From: a virus
Lineage: Duplodnaviria > Caudoviricetes
Virus record (IMG/VR): IMGVR_UViG_3300006467_000454
Coordinates: 32,001 to 96,000 of that record
Length of the DNA stretch: 64,000 nt
Direction: 5' to 3' (one strand)
Shown here: positions 40,134 through 49,461 of the stretch, piece by piece
Numbering within the stretch: the stretch's first letter is position 1
Layout of the letters: every line of letters starts with the position of its first letter
The notes under the pieces: generated by a model
Database searches by the model: none
What the model was told of the DNA's origin: nothing
Seen by the model: only the letters and a program-made list of their open reading frames with translations
Translations under genes and position numbers: made by a program

Positions 40134-40156
40134 TTATTTAAAATTGTTATAAATAA
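40134..40156. promoter_or_regulatory. Palindromic operator, Fur-box-like (copy 2)
   Basis: TT-ATTTAAAATTGTTATAAAT-AA. Confidence 0.6.
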
Positions 40157-40199
40157 GGGTTAAAATGCCTTTTACGTTTAATTTTTAAGTAATTTTAAA

Positions 40200-40802
40200 A
40201 TGGCGAAAGATAAAGATAAGAAGAAGAATAAGAAGAATCGTGATGTAGATAATGACTCGAAGAATATTACAGTATTCATAAACGATAAACCAATTGTTTT
40301 AAGGTATAAAGAATTTCAAGACGAAATTGATGTTGATGAGATTACCAAAATTCAATATGAGAATATCTATGGTGAAAGTGTTACGGTTGCAGTGTTGATG
40401 AATCAGGTTGGGGCTTTGAAAGCAGAAGCAGAACATGAGTATGGTTTGAAAAAGTTAGAATTTGAAATTTTCGAAGCCGACCTGAAAAAAAGATTCCGCA
40501 GGGAAGCAAGCCAAAACGCTGGTAAAATAAAGATGGAAGGGGAACTTGTAAAGTTAACTGAATCAGCTTTGATTGACGCTGTAACCCTTGATGAAGGGTG
40601 GCAGGTTAAAAAGAAGAATAAATACAGGGCTAAAAGGAACCTTGATGTTGTTGAATCTCTAATGTGGGCTGTAAATAGTAAGGATAAGAAATTGAATAAC
40701 TTAGTAAAAGCAGTAACTCCGGAAGAATTCTATGATCAAATTGTTGAAGGTAGGGTGAACGGTATATTGATAAAGAAAAGAAAAAGTTTAACTGGAAAAT
40801 AA
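40200..40802 (+). CDS. UvsY-like recombination mediator
   Basis: Long helical protein with KLTESALIDAVTLD...VESLMWAVNSKDKKLNNL pattern; next to SSB and RecA. Confidence 0.55.
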   Translation: MAKDKDKKKNKKNRDVDNDSKNITVFINDKPIVLRYKEFQDEIDVDEITKIQYENIYGESVTVAVLMNQVGALKAEAEHEYGLKKLEFEIFEADLKKRFRREASQNAGKIKMEGELVKLTESALIDAVTLDEGWQVKKKNKYRAKRNLDVVESLMWAVNSKDKKLNNLVKAVTPEEFYDQIVEGRVNGILIKKRKSLTGK

Positions 40803-40812
40803 TTTTAAAATT

Positions 40813-41937
40813 ATGGGAAAAGGTAAAGACAAAAAGGAAAAGAAAAAATTCCAAGGGGCTAAACGCTCTGCACAAAAAGCAGTTGTTGCTGATGCCGAAA
40901 GTAAGAATATCCACATTGGTGGAGGGGGAGGCTATGTTTCCTTCCATAGTGTTGATGAGGGTAAGAACATTTTTAGAATGGCACCGCCCCATAATCCTGA
41001 CCACCCTAGTTATGAAGCTTGCCGAACCACTATGCTGGATTGTGAAGTTGAAGTTCGTGACAAGGAAGGTAATCCAACGGGGGAAAAGGAAATTAAGCGT
41101 AAAAAGATTTACGTTGCTACTCAGCACTTAGATGGAGCCGAAATCGACCCAACTGAACTTTACATTAAGTATGTGAGCGAATATGCTAATGAAGCATACG
41201 ATGATAAAGAAGAAAGGAAGAAATACTTGAAGCACATTACTGGGTATAAAGGTCCGGATAAGAAATGGGTTTGGGGTATTATCCCAGGAACTTCTTATGT
41301 TGGTTATGCTTGGAAAAAGGGGGTTCTTGGTAGAATTGACCTTTGGAAGAAATGGACTGACGAAATGGAGAAGGAAGCAGCCAATTTAGATAGTGATGAT
41401 ACTATCATTGTAGATCCATTCTCTGATCCAGAAGAAGGGTATCCATTAAGCATTGAAAAGGCTAAAAATGATAAGGGTAAATTTGAATACACTGTCAAGG
41501 CTGTAATTCCTGGAAAGAAAGAATCTTGGGAGGATTTCTTTGAAAGTAATGCACTTACTGATAAAATGTCAGAAGAATTGGCAGCGGTGGATTCATTGCA
41601 TGATATGTACACCAATAATTACACCATGCGTGATTTCGATTTAGCTTTGGATGGGTTGAAACGTTTTGATAAAAAGCATGGCTATGATGTCTTTAAAAAT
41701 GAAGATTTCCTTGAAGAGCTTGCTGAATTCAAAAAGACCGTACCTGTGAAGGATGATTCTGAAAAGTCTGATTCTGAAAAGTCTGGTAAAAAAGACAAAA
41801 AAGAAAAGAAGGACAAAAAAGATAAATCTGAAAAAGAGGGGAAATCTGAGGAGTCTGAAAAGTCTGAAAAGAAAGACAAAAAGGGCAAAAAGGATAAAAA
41901 AGAAAAGAAAGACAAGAAGAATAAGAAAGATAAATAA
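40813..41937 (+). CDS. gp32-like single-stranded DNA-binding protein
   Basis: GKNIFRMAPP, DPFSDPEEGYPLSIEK; position between UvsY-like and SbcD; disordered tail. Confidence 0.65.
   Translation: MGKGKDKKEKKKFQGAKRSAQKAVVADAESKNIHIGGGGGYVSFHSVDEGKNIFRMAPPHNPDHPSYEACRTTMLDCEVEVRDKEGNPTGEKEIKRKKIYVATQHLDGAEIDPTELYIKYVSEYANEAYDDKEERKKYLKHITGYKGPDKKWVWGIIPGTSYVGYAWKKGVLGRIDLWKKWTDEMEKEAANLDSDDTIIVDPFSDPEEGYPLSIEKAKNDKGKFEYTVKAVIPGKKESWEDFFESNALTDKMSEELAAVDSLHDMYTNNYTMRDFDLALDGLKRFDKKHGYDVFKNEDFLEELAEFKKTVPVKDDSEKSDSEKSGKKDKKEKKDKKDKSEKEGKSEESEKSEKKDKKGKKDKKEKKDKKNKKDK
41755..41934 (+). repeat. Low-complexity SEK/KKDK coding repeat
   Basis: Repeated TCTGAAAA units encoding SEKSDSEKSGKKDKKEKKDKK... 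Confidence 0.8.
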
Positions 41938-41970
41938 TTCCTCTAGTTTTAATTTTGTTCCAATTCGTGA

Positions 41971-41997
41971 GGGGGGAGGGTGACCTCCCTCTATTTT
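41971..41997 (+). terminator. Rho-independent terminator after SSB
   Basis: GGGGGGAGG-GTGA-CCTCCCTCT then ATTTT. Confidence 0.75.
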
Positions 41998-42009
41998 AAA
42001 TTGTAAAAT

Positions 42010-43047
42010 ATGTCAGCATTAACGATAATATCAACAGATTGGCATTTAAAACCCGAAAATCTAGAAGAGATTATAGATTTAGTCCGCCAAAAATGCAAGC
42101 TAGCAAAAAAGCTAGGGATTAAAGATATATTCTGTCTCGGTGATGTTTTTGATAGCCGTATTGCCCAAAGGCAATCTGTGTTGAAAGCATTTGAGCGTAT
42201 CCTCGGGATAATTGAGGAATACGGGTTGGTATTCCATTTGATCCCAGGAAATCACGACAAAACGGTTTACCCTTCCATGGACTCATTTCTAGATGCGTTC
42301 AAAACATACCCTTGCCTAAGATTATATCGCAAACACTCAATAGTGAAATTAGGTAAATTCAATTTCCATTTAATCCCATTCTTTGAAGAAAAAGTTTGGT
42401 TAGAAATATTCCACGGAATTGAAAAGGGTGGTAAAAATGATATCCTATTATCACACATGGCTGTAGAAGGCTCAAGGAACAATGATGGTTCTTTAGTTTC
42501 CTCAGGATTAACTCCTAAAATGTTTGAAAATTGGCTCATGGTGCTGTTAGGGCATTATCATGATGAACAACAAATTGGAAAGAATATTTTCCATATCCCT
42601 TCCATAAAGCAAAATAATTATGGGGAGGACGAAAACAAGGGATTTACTGTCCTAAATAGTGATGGGAGCTATGAAGTATTCAAAAGTAATTACAAAGCCT
42701 TTAAACGTCTTAAAATTAACATTGACGAAACTCCACAAAAGGAGCTTGAAAAATTAGTAAAAACTTATTCTAAAAATGAGGATAGAATTAGATTTGAATT
42801 TACAGGGGATTCCACTAAGCTGAAAGCCTTAGATAAATCTAAATTCAATAAACATGGTATTGAAATCAAGACAAAAGTAAAAGAAATTGAAGAATCCATT
42901 GTAGAATGTGAGAAGCAGGATGTCAAAATCCATAACCAGTCTACAATTATGAGTGAATTCAAAAAGTATCATGAAATCAAATCTGATTTTAACTTAAAAC
43001 TCGGGACTAAATATTTAAAAGAGCATTTCAATGGCGAAGAAAAATAA
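42010..43047 (+). CDS. sbcD: SbcD/Mre11-like metallophosphoesterase nuclease (gp47-like)
   Basis: TDWH, LGDVFD, PGNHD, SH, LGHYH. Confidence 0.88.
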   Translation: MSALTIISTDWHLKPENLEEIIDLVRQKCKLAKKLGIKDIFCLGDVFDSRIAQRQSVLKAFERILGIIEEYGLVFHLIPGNHDKTVYPSMDSFLDAFKTYPCLRLYRKHSIVKLGKFNFHLIPFFEEKVWLEIFHGIEKGGKNDILLSHMAVEGSRNNDGSLVSSGLTPKMFENWLMVLLGHYHDEQQIGKNIFHIPSIKQNNYGEDENKGFTVLNSDGSYEVFKSNYKAFKRLKINIDETPQKELEKLVKTYSKNEDRIRFEFTGDSTKLKALDKSKFNKHGIEIKTKVKEIEESIVECEKQDVKIHNQSTIMSEFKKYHEIKSDFNLKLGTKYLKEHFNGEEK

Positions 43048-44053
43048 GAAAAAAGATAAAGGTGGACAAAGTTATACCGAAGATTTAAAACGAGCCATCA
43101 GTGAGATCGATAAAAGATTCGGGGAAGGTTCTATTATGAATCTCCAAGAAGGGGCAGCAAATGTAGCCCGTGTGTCCAGTGGGTCAATTGCTTTGGATAT
43201 AGCACTTGGTGGGGGATTCCCTAAAGGTAGAATTATTGAAATATACGGTCCGGAATCATCAGGGAAAACAACCCTAGCATTACACCTGACTAAAGAGGTG
43301 CAGAAAGCAGGGGGAGTAGCAGCATTGATTGATGTTGAAAATGCTTTTGACCCTGAATATGCTGAAGACGGAATTGGGGTGGATATTTCTCCAGATAAAT
43401 TCTTGATATCTCAACCAGAATGTGGTGAAGATGCTTTGGAAATTACTAATACTTTAATTGAATCAGGAGGGATTGATCTTGCCATTATTGACTCGGTAGC
43501 TGCATTGACCCCTAGGGCAGAATTAGATGGGGACTTTGGTGAATCCAAAATGGGGTTGCAAGCCCGTATGATGTCTCAGGCTATGCGTAAATTGGTAAGT
43601 AAAATTAAACAGTCAGAATGTACGGTTATTTTCATCAACCAATTACGTGATAAAATTGGGGTAATGTTTGGTAATCCGGAAACAACTACTGGTGGGAATG
43701 CTTTGAAATTCTATGCTTCTGTACGTTTAGATATTCGTAGGGTAGGGCAAATCAAAGATGGTGAAGAAGTTATTGGGAACCGTACCCGTGTAAAAGTTGT
43801 TAAAAATAAAGTTGCACCACCTTTCCGGAAAGCTGAATTTGATATTCGATACGGGGAAGGGATTGATTATATTAAAGAGATAATGGATTTTGCGGTGGAA
43901 TTTGATATAATCAAAAAGTCAGGCTCTTGGTTTTCATACGATGAAACTAAACTGGGGCAAGGTGAAGCAAACGTTCGTAATTTACTGGAAGATAATTTTG
44001 AGCTTCTAGAAGAGATTGAAAAGAAAGTTATCAAAAAATTGAATAAATCGTAA
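43031..44053 (+). CDS. recA: RecA recombinase (bacterial-type)
   Basis: [60 protein letters not shown]. Confidence 0.97.
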   Translation: MAKKNKKKDKGGQSYTEDLKRAISEIDKRFGEGSIMNLQEGAANVARVSSGSIALDIALGGGFPKGRIIEIYGPESSGKTTLALHLTKEVQKAGGVAALIDVENAFDPEYAEDGIGVDISPDKFLISQPECGEDALEITNTLIESGGIDLAIIDSVAALTPRAELDGDFGESKMGLQARMMSQAMRKLVSKIKQSECTVIFINQLRDKIGVMFGNPETTTGGNALKFYASVRLDIRRVGQIKDGEEVIGNRTRVKVVKNKVAPPFRKAEFDIRYGEGIDYIKEIMDFAVEFDIIKKSGSWFSYDETKLGQGEANVRNLLEDNFELLEEIEKKVIKKLNKS

Positions 44054-44054
44054 G

Positions 44055-46049
44055 ATGTTTATAGAATCGTTAATAGCAAGCAATTTTTTATCATTAGGGG
44101 GAGTTGATTATACTTTTAAGGATATCGCAACCCTGATACAAGGGGAGAACCTTGAGGATGATGATCAAGAAAGTAATGGGTCAGGCAAAAGTGCTTTCTT
44201 AGTCTTGTTAAAATATGCCATTTACGGGATAACTCCTAAAGATAAACTTTTAAAAGAATTGATTAAATTCGGGGAGGAGTTAACTGAAACGAAAGTGATA
44301 ATTAATTGCCCGATACGAAAGCAGAAATTGGTTATTTCAAGGGAAATAAGGTTAAAGGGTTCTGCCAAATTAACGATAGACTCAATAGGGGGTAAAAGTC
44401 CAGAATTCTCTACAGTTCCAGATGGGAACAAAGAAATCATAAAATGGATAGGGATATCCAAGGAGGATTTTGAGAATTTCTATGTTATCGATGGGGAATC
44501 CTATACTTCATTCATAACAGCTCCAAATGCGGAAAAGATTGATTTTATTAGCCGTTTCAGTAATAGCAAAATAATCCATGGGGTTTGGGATTTACCTAAA
44601 AAAGAAGCTTTGGAGCTTGAGGGGACTCTCAATACTGTAAACGAAGATAAAATTAAATCTGAATCTAGGCTTGAGGTTTATAAAGATCAATTAAGGGAAG
44701 AAAAATCTAGGGATATTGATAAGGAGAAAGAAGAAGAAATCTCCAAGAAAAAAGTGGAGATTGCTGGACATAAGGCTGCAATAAAAATCCTTGAAGATGA
44801 AAAAGAAAGCTGGGGCGGTGATGTTGAAAAATTAACTGATAAAGTCACCTCAGCAAAAGAAATATTCGATGAACTTTCCTTAAAACTTGATAATTTTAAA
44901 TCCAGTGACCTTGGGGATAAAAAGAAGAAACTATTTGATAAGCAGCAAAAGGCTAATTCTAAAAAATCTAAAGCCTTTAGGAAGGAAATGGAATTAGGCA
45001 ACGAAAAAAGTGCTTTATCAAATGAACTTGAGGAGATAAACAATATTCTTGCTGGATTAATTACCTGCCCTAAATGTAGCCATCAGTTTAAAATTGATGA
45101 GGATGTTGATGTTAAGGAGCTCAAGTCCAAGAAAAAGAAATTAAAGAAAAGTGTAGAGGGGAAGGAAAAGGAGATTGCAGATGCCATTGCTGATGTCGAT
45201 ACCTTAAAAGGTAAAGTTGAATCCATAACTAGCAAAATTGATAAGATTGAAACTAAACAGGATAAGGATCGCAAAAAGAAAGATTCTATTCGTAGTAAAA
45301 TGGAAAAGGCTAGTAGTAAGTTATCAGATTTAAAGCAGGAATTGGTAGAAGCTGAGGGGGAAATCACGGATTGTGATAACAAAATAAAATCCTCTAAAAA
45401 GGTGATTGGAAATTTAGAGGATACTATCAAGTCGATTAAAGCTTCTAAACGTAGCAATCAAAAAGAAATTGATGCTATCGAAGCTAAAATTGAAAAGGAG
45501 AAAAAAGAATTCAAAAGGCTTAAAAAGGAAGCTAATAAAATTGAAAATAGTATATTTGAAGTAAAGGCTGTCGAGAATGAATTAAAGAAGTTTTATTCAC
45601 ATCTTGCAAATCAGTTCATTAAGGTGATTCAGGGTTATGTGAATAAAAATCTTAAGGATATGGGGAGTGATCTCCAAATATCATGGGAGGGCTACAAAGT
45701 AAACGGTGATGGCAACCTAAGTGAAAAAATTACCCCGTATATCACTCGTGGTGGAAGGGTAAGGTCTTGGGGCTCCTTTAGTAAGGGGGAACGTCAACGT
45801 ATGCAGTATGCTAACATTCTCGCCAACCAAGAAATATTAAACTCTACTAATGAGTGGGGAGGGCTTAATTTCCTTTTCACTGATGAAGTAACCGAAGGGA
45901 CTGATGCCAAGGGGATAGGCAAATTGATGAAATCATTAGCTCGCAAAAACTTCCCTATTTTTGTTACAACCCATGTAACGGATAGGAACGTCCATTCGAA
46001 TATAATGGTGATCCAAAAGGATCAATTTGGAACAAGTAAAATTTTATAA
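44055..46049 (+). CDS. sbcC: SbcC/Rad50-like SMC ATPase (gp46-like)
   Basis: NGSGKS, coiled coils with CPKC zinc hook, FSKGE signature, FLFTDE, TH. Confidence 0.9.
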   Translation: MFIESLIASNFLSLGGVDYTFKDIATLIQGENLEDDDQESNGSGKSAFLVLLKYAIYGITPKDKLLKELIKFGEELTETKVIINCPIRKQKLVISREIRLKGSAKLTIDSIGGKSPEFSTVPDGNKEIIKWIGISKEDFENFYVIDGESYTSFITAPNAEKIDFISRFSNSKIIHGVWDLPKKEALELEGTLNTVNEDKIKSESRLEVYKDQLREEKSRDIDKEKEEEISKKKVEIAGHKAAIKILEDEKESWGGDVEKLTDKVTSAKEIFDELSLKLDNFKSSDLGDKKKKLFDKQQKANSKKSKAFRKEMELGNEKSALSNELEEINNILAGLITCPKCSHQFKIDEDVDVKELKSKKKKLKKSVEGKEKEIADAIADVDTLKGKVESITSKIDKIETKQDKDRKKKDSIRSKMEKASSKLSDLKQELVEAEGEITDCDNKIKSSKKVIGNLEDTIKSIKASKRSNQKEIDAIEAKIEKEKKEFKRLKKEANKIENSIFEVKAVENELKKFYSHLANQFIKVIQGYVNKNLKDMGSDLQISWEGYKVNGDGNLSEKITPYITRGGRVRSWGSFSKGERQRMQYANILANQEILNSTNEWGGLNFLFTDEVTEGTDAKGIGKLMKSLARKNFPIFVTTHVTDRNVHSNIMVIQKDQFGTSKIL

Positions 46050-46050
46050 C

Positions 46051-46281
46051 ATGGCTAAACCAAAACCAATAATTGCGATTACCATCCCCCACTATATGGC
46101 TCAGGAGGGTGTTGATAAGATCTCAAAAAGTGTTAAAGAAACAGTGAAGGAAGAATATCATGTATTTATCATTACGAATAACAGTGATGAAATAAACTTC
46201 CAAGTCTTTTATGAAAAAGACTTCAACGAGGTAAAGTACAAAGAGTTGAAAACAATAATTAAGGAATTATGCAAAAGGTAA
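46051..46281 (+). CDS. Hypothetical protein
   Basis: ATG 46051 right after sbcC stop; 76 aa. Confidence 0.55.
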   Translation: MAKPKPIIAITIPHYMAQEGVDKISKSVKETVKEEYHVFIITNNSDEINFQVFYEKDFNEVKYKELKTIIKELCKR

Positions 46282-46769
46282 AATTAGAAATTGAACAGCT
46301 TGATGATGCTGTTTATAAGGGCATATGCTTCCAATATGGGATGAATGTTACTATGGCTTCCCCTGAATTGCTTGTAGAACAATTGCAAAAGCATATTGAA
46401 TACAAGGATAAAGATTACTCTGATATGGGGATTTCAGATCTTGGGTCCGGAATTGATTTTTCAGGTGATTGGGTAGAAATTTCTTTATTTGAAAGGAGAT
46501 TTGGTTTTGTTAAAATTGCCATTACTGGATTTAATAAAGCTTGTGTGGATTTAAGGAAGGTGTTATTTACTGAGGTGACCCCAATATTCATTAAAGAGGA
46601 ATTAAACAACTTCATGAGACCTGATCATGTAGTTTTAGGGCACTCCGAAAAATTCCGTATCGTAAAAACAGGGGAAAAGATTCCTTTTTATGAAGCAACC
46701 GTTCATTCAAAAGAAGATGGCACTCATACAATCGATTTTAAGGAAGTTCAAAGTTTAAATGGCAAGTAA
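46269..46769 (+). CDS. Hypothetical protein
   Basis: 166 aa, overlapping neighbours. Confidence 0.55.
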   Translation: MQKVKLEIEQLDDAVYKGICFQYGMNVTMASPELLVEQLQKHIEYKDKDYSDMGISDLGSGIDFSGDWVEISLFERRFGFVKIAITGFNKACVDLRKVLFTEVTPIFIKEELNNFMRPDHVVLGHSEKFRIVKTGEKIPFYEATVHSKEDGTHTIDFKEVQSLNGK

Positions 46770-47307
46770 ATTAGTATATGGTGGAATTGATCCTGGGAAA
46801 GCAGGGGTTATTTGTTTGATGTATGAATCAGGTAAGGTGGAACACCACCAAATCCCATTATTGAACAAAGATTACGATCAAGTGGCATTGGCTAACTTCT
46901 TCCGGAATTTAAAGGGGGTCTACAGCCGTAAGCGTATTCACTTTGTTCTTGAAGATGTAAATTGTGATCCTAACTGGGGAGCCAAGCAGAATTGGAGTAT
47001 GGGTGGCTGTATCCATTTATTCAAACAAATATTCGCTTGTTATAGGATTCCTTTCACCTTAGTACACGCTAAGACTTGGCAAAAAGAGATGCATCAGGGA
47101 GTGAAACCGATTTTTAAACCACTGACAGCCGTTCAAAAGAAAGCAAATAGGGTTAACGGTGCTAAGGATGTAAAAGCAATGTCAATTGCCGCAGCAATGC
47201 GTTTGTTCCCTGATATAGATTTTCGTAAAAGCACTAGATGCAAAAATCTCGATGACAATAAAGTAGATGCCACACTTTTGGCACTCTATGGTAAAAGGCA
47301 TTTTTAA
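46759..47307 (+). CDS. RuvC-like Holliday junction resolvase
   Basis: GGIDPGKAG, FVLED, KTWQK, DNKVDA. Confidence 0.8.
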   Translation: MASKLVYGGIDPGKAGVICLMYESGKVEHHQIPLLNKDYDQVALANFFRNLKGVYSRKRIHFVLEDVNCDPNWGAKQNWSMGGCIHLFKQIFACYRIPFTLVHAKTWQKEMHQGVKPIFKPLTAVQKKANRVNGAKDVKAMSIAAAMRLFPDIDFRKSTRCKNLDDNKVDATLLALYGKRHF

Positions 47308-47636
47308 TGAATTTTTATTGTAAAAATGAAGAATGTAAGGAATTTAATAAACCTGTATTTGTAGAACCATCATTATTCGCCTATAACGTTGGGGAAGAAA
47401 GGGAGAAACTCATAACCTGTAAGGGATGCGGTGGCAAAATTGTAGCAGAAATTCCTGAAGATAATGGGGAGATAAATGCAAACTATGCTAAGTTTAAATC
47501 CCTATCTGATGCGGATAAAAAGAAAGTGATTGGCAAAAGGGCTGAAAAGCACTATCAAAAATTCGCCAAGGATGAAGTTGAATCCAAGAGAAAAGATACT
47601 GTTAACGAAATAAAGAAAACATTTTTAAGGGGGTGA
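47307..47636 (+). CDS. Zinc-ribbon hypothetical protein
   Basis: CKNEEC...CKGCG. Confidence 0.6.
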   Translation: MNFYCKNEECKEFNKPVFVEPSLFAYNVGEEREKLITCKGCGGKIVAEIPEDNGEINANYAKFKSLSDADKKKVIGKRAEKHYQKFAKDEVESKRKDTVNEIKKTFLRG

Positions 47637-47639
47637 TAT

Positions 47640-47984
47640 ATGTTAAGTAAAAAAGCAACACAAGTAAGGGATATTGCCTTTGATAAGGCAAAAGAATATG
47701 CAGCGTTTATTCACCCTAGAAAGATAATTTGTATAACTGGGCTCCCTAACCAAGTAGAGGATGAATACCTATTTGCGGCTGTGGAGAGTTATACAAGTGC
47801 CAAACCAAATCAATACTTATACGATAGTGAATTCACTATCAGAATTATTGATAACCTGTTAAATGATTCAAGGGTATTAACAAAAGAAGGCTTTGAAACC
47901 TCTTTAGGGAAGATTGACCCTATCATGTTGACTATCCCTTTTGAATCAAAAATTAACTTCTTTATGATCAATTCTGTTATTTAA
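47640..47984 (+). CDS. Hypothetical protein
   Basis: 114 aa ORF in gene string. Confidence 0.5.
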   Translation: MLSKKATQVRDIAFDKAKEYAAFIHPRKIICITGLPNQVEDEYLFAAVESYTSAKPNQYLYDSEFTIRIIDNLLNDSRVLTKEGFETSLGKIDPIMLTIPFESKINFFMINSVI

Positions 47985-47999
47985 AATCATTATAAATAA
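47977..47999. promoter_or_regulatory. Palindromic operator, Fur-box-like (copy 3)
   Basis: TT-ATTTAAAATCATTATAAAT-AA. Confidence 0.6.
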
Positions 48000-48009
48000 T
48001 GGGTTTTCT

Positions 48010-48040
48010 ATTGTTTTGTAATCTAAATGGGTTAATTTTG
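48010..48040 (+). promoter_or_regulatory. Bacteroidota-type promoter (imperfect -33)
   Basis: ATTG + 19 nt + TAATTTTG (48033-40). Confidence 0.6.
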
Positions 48041-48073
48041 TACAAAAATAAATTCATTTTAAAACAAATTTCT

Positions 48074-48289
48074 ATGGGAGCAGATTTTAAAATTTTGCTT
48101 ATAGTTGTGTTATCTGTTGTTTTAATAGATTCTATAATTAGGGCAAGTCAAAAACGTAGGAAAGTCAAATTTCAGACTTTAGTGAACCCATATCATTATT
48201 CCTTACCTAAAGAAAAGGGAGTATTGGTATTTCATTATGTAGTGATAGCTATTTTAGCAGTATCAATAATAGTAACATTGTTAATATAA
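48074..48289 (+). CDS. Small two-helix membrane protein
   Basis: ATG 48074 downstream of promoter; two hydrophobic stretches. Confidence 0.6.
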   Translation: MGADFKILLIVVLSVVLIDSIIRASQKRRKVKFQTLVNPYHYSLPKEKGVLVFHYVVIAILAVSIIVTLLI

Positions 48290-48298
48290 AATCGTAAA

Positions 48299-48940
48299 AT
48301 GGAGCATTTTTCAACGCTTAAAGAGATAGTCTTGAAAAAGATTACCTTTCGGAATCAATTCAGGTTTAACGAAGTATTAAGGTTAAACACTGATATTCGG
48401 ATAATAGAGGGTCAATTTGGACATTTAGCAGATAGGCAATTATGCCAAATTGATATGCACATTTATGGGCAAGAGGATAAACAAGTTTATTCTACAACTT
48501 ATACAGTCCCTGATGGGTGGTTCCAATGCTTTAAGGAAGAAGTATTGAAAGGTAAACGGGGGAGGCTGTTTAAATGGTTCCTCAAAAAGTACCCTATTCA
48601 GTATCGAGATCAAAAAAGGGAATTTGAATTCAGCCACAGAGCCTTATTTGATGAATTGATTACCAGTAATCCTACTCACCGCATTGTGATGCAATCTGAG
48701 CCAAACGTTACGGCTCATAATTTAGTTTGCAAAACCCCAGCCAAATCAACAAATGAAGTGAAAAGGGATAGGAGATTCCTTAAACATAAATTTGCTACAG
48801 AACATGGGATCCATGATGCCCCATTTGTTTGGTGGGAAAGTATGGATCTAAAAGCCCAAGAAGAATTACTTCTTGAAAATGGGTTTGCTCCGGATACCAC
48901 AGTGGATAGTGATATTATCAAGAAATTATTTAATGATTAA
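48299..48940 (+). CDS. Hypothetical protein
   Basis: 213 aa. Confidence 0.55.
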   Translation: MEHFSTLKEIVLKKITFRNQFRFNEVLRLNTDIRIIEGQFGHLADRQLCQIDMHIYGQEDKQVYSTTYTVPDGWFQCFKEEVLKGKRGRLFKWFLKKYPIQYRDQKREFEFSHRALFDELITSNPTHRIVMQSEPNVTAHNLVCKTPAKSTNEVKRDRRFLKHKFATEHGIHDAPFVWWESMDLKAQEELLLENGFAPDTTVDSDIIKKLFND

Positions 48941-48951
48941 AAATCGGGATA

Positions 48952-49461
48952 ATGGAAAATTATTTAATAGCAAATGGGAAAAGAATTGATTTAACTTCTG
49001 AAGAGGTTAGGCAATTAAAAGAGAAGTTGGGGCTCCCTCTCAGTTATGAGGATATCTGTATGGAAATGGATCCTGATAGGATTGCAGATTGGTTTGCGAT
49101 AAATGAATTTGGGGATGTAGTCCCAATTGAAGAAATGACATTGCCAACTTCAAATATTGCTATGTCGGAAGCCCAATTAGAACAAATTTTAGCGTTGAAT
49201 AAATTATTCACTATTGCTAAATGTTTGAACAAAAATTGGGAGCCTAGATTAGATTCTCAACAATACAAGTACAAATTGACTTTCCAACCTAATAAAAAAC
49301 AAAGGTCAGGGGAGAAATGGTACGGGGGATTACATGCCTCAAAGATTCTTACTCAATTTGAATCTACCCCTTATTTCCGGACTAAGCAATTAGCCTATCA
49401 GGCAGTTGATATATTAGGCATTGAAGAGACTCTGAAAGCAATGGGGGTTAATAATGGTTGA
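48952..49461 (+). CDS. Hypothetical phage protein
   Basis: 169 aa; LNKNWEP...KY...YFRT..LA motif common in phage hypotheticals. Confidence 0.55.
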   Translation: MENYLIANGKRIDLTSEEVRQLKEKLGLPLSYEDICMEMDPDRIADWFAINEFGDVVPIEEMTLPTSNIAMSEAQLEQILALNKLFTIAKCLNKNWEPRLDSQQYKYKLTFQPNKKQRSGEKWYGGLHASKILTQFESTPYFRTKQLAYQAVDILGIEETLKAMGVNNG

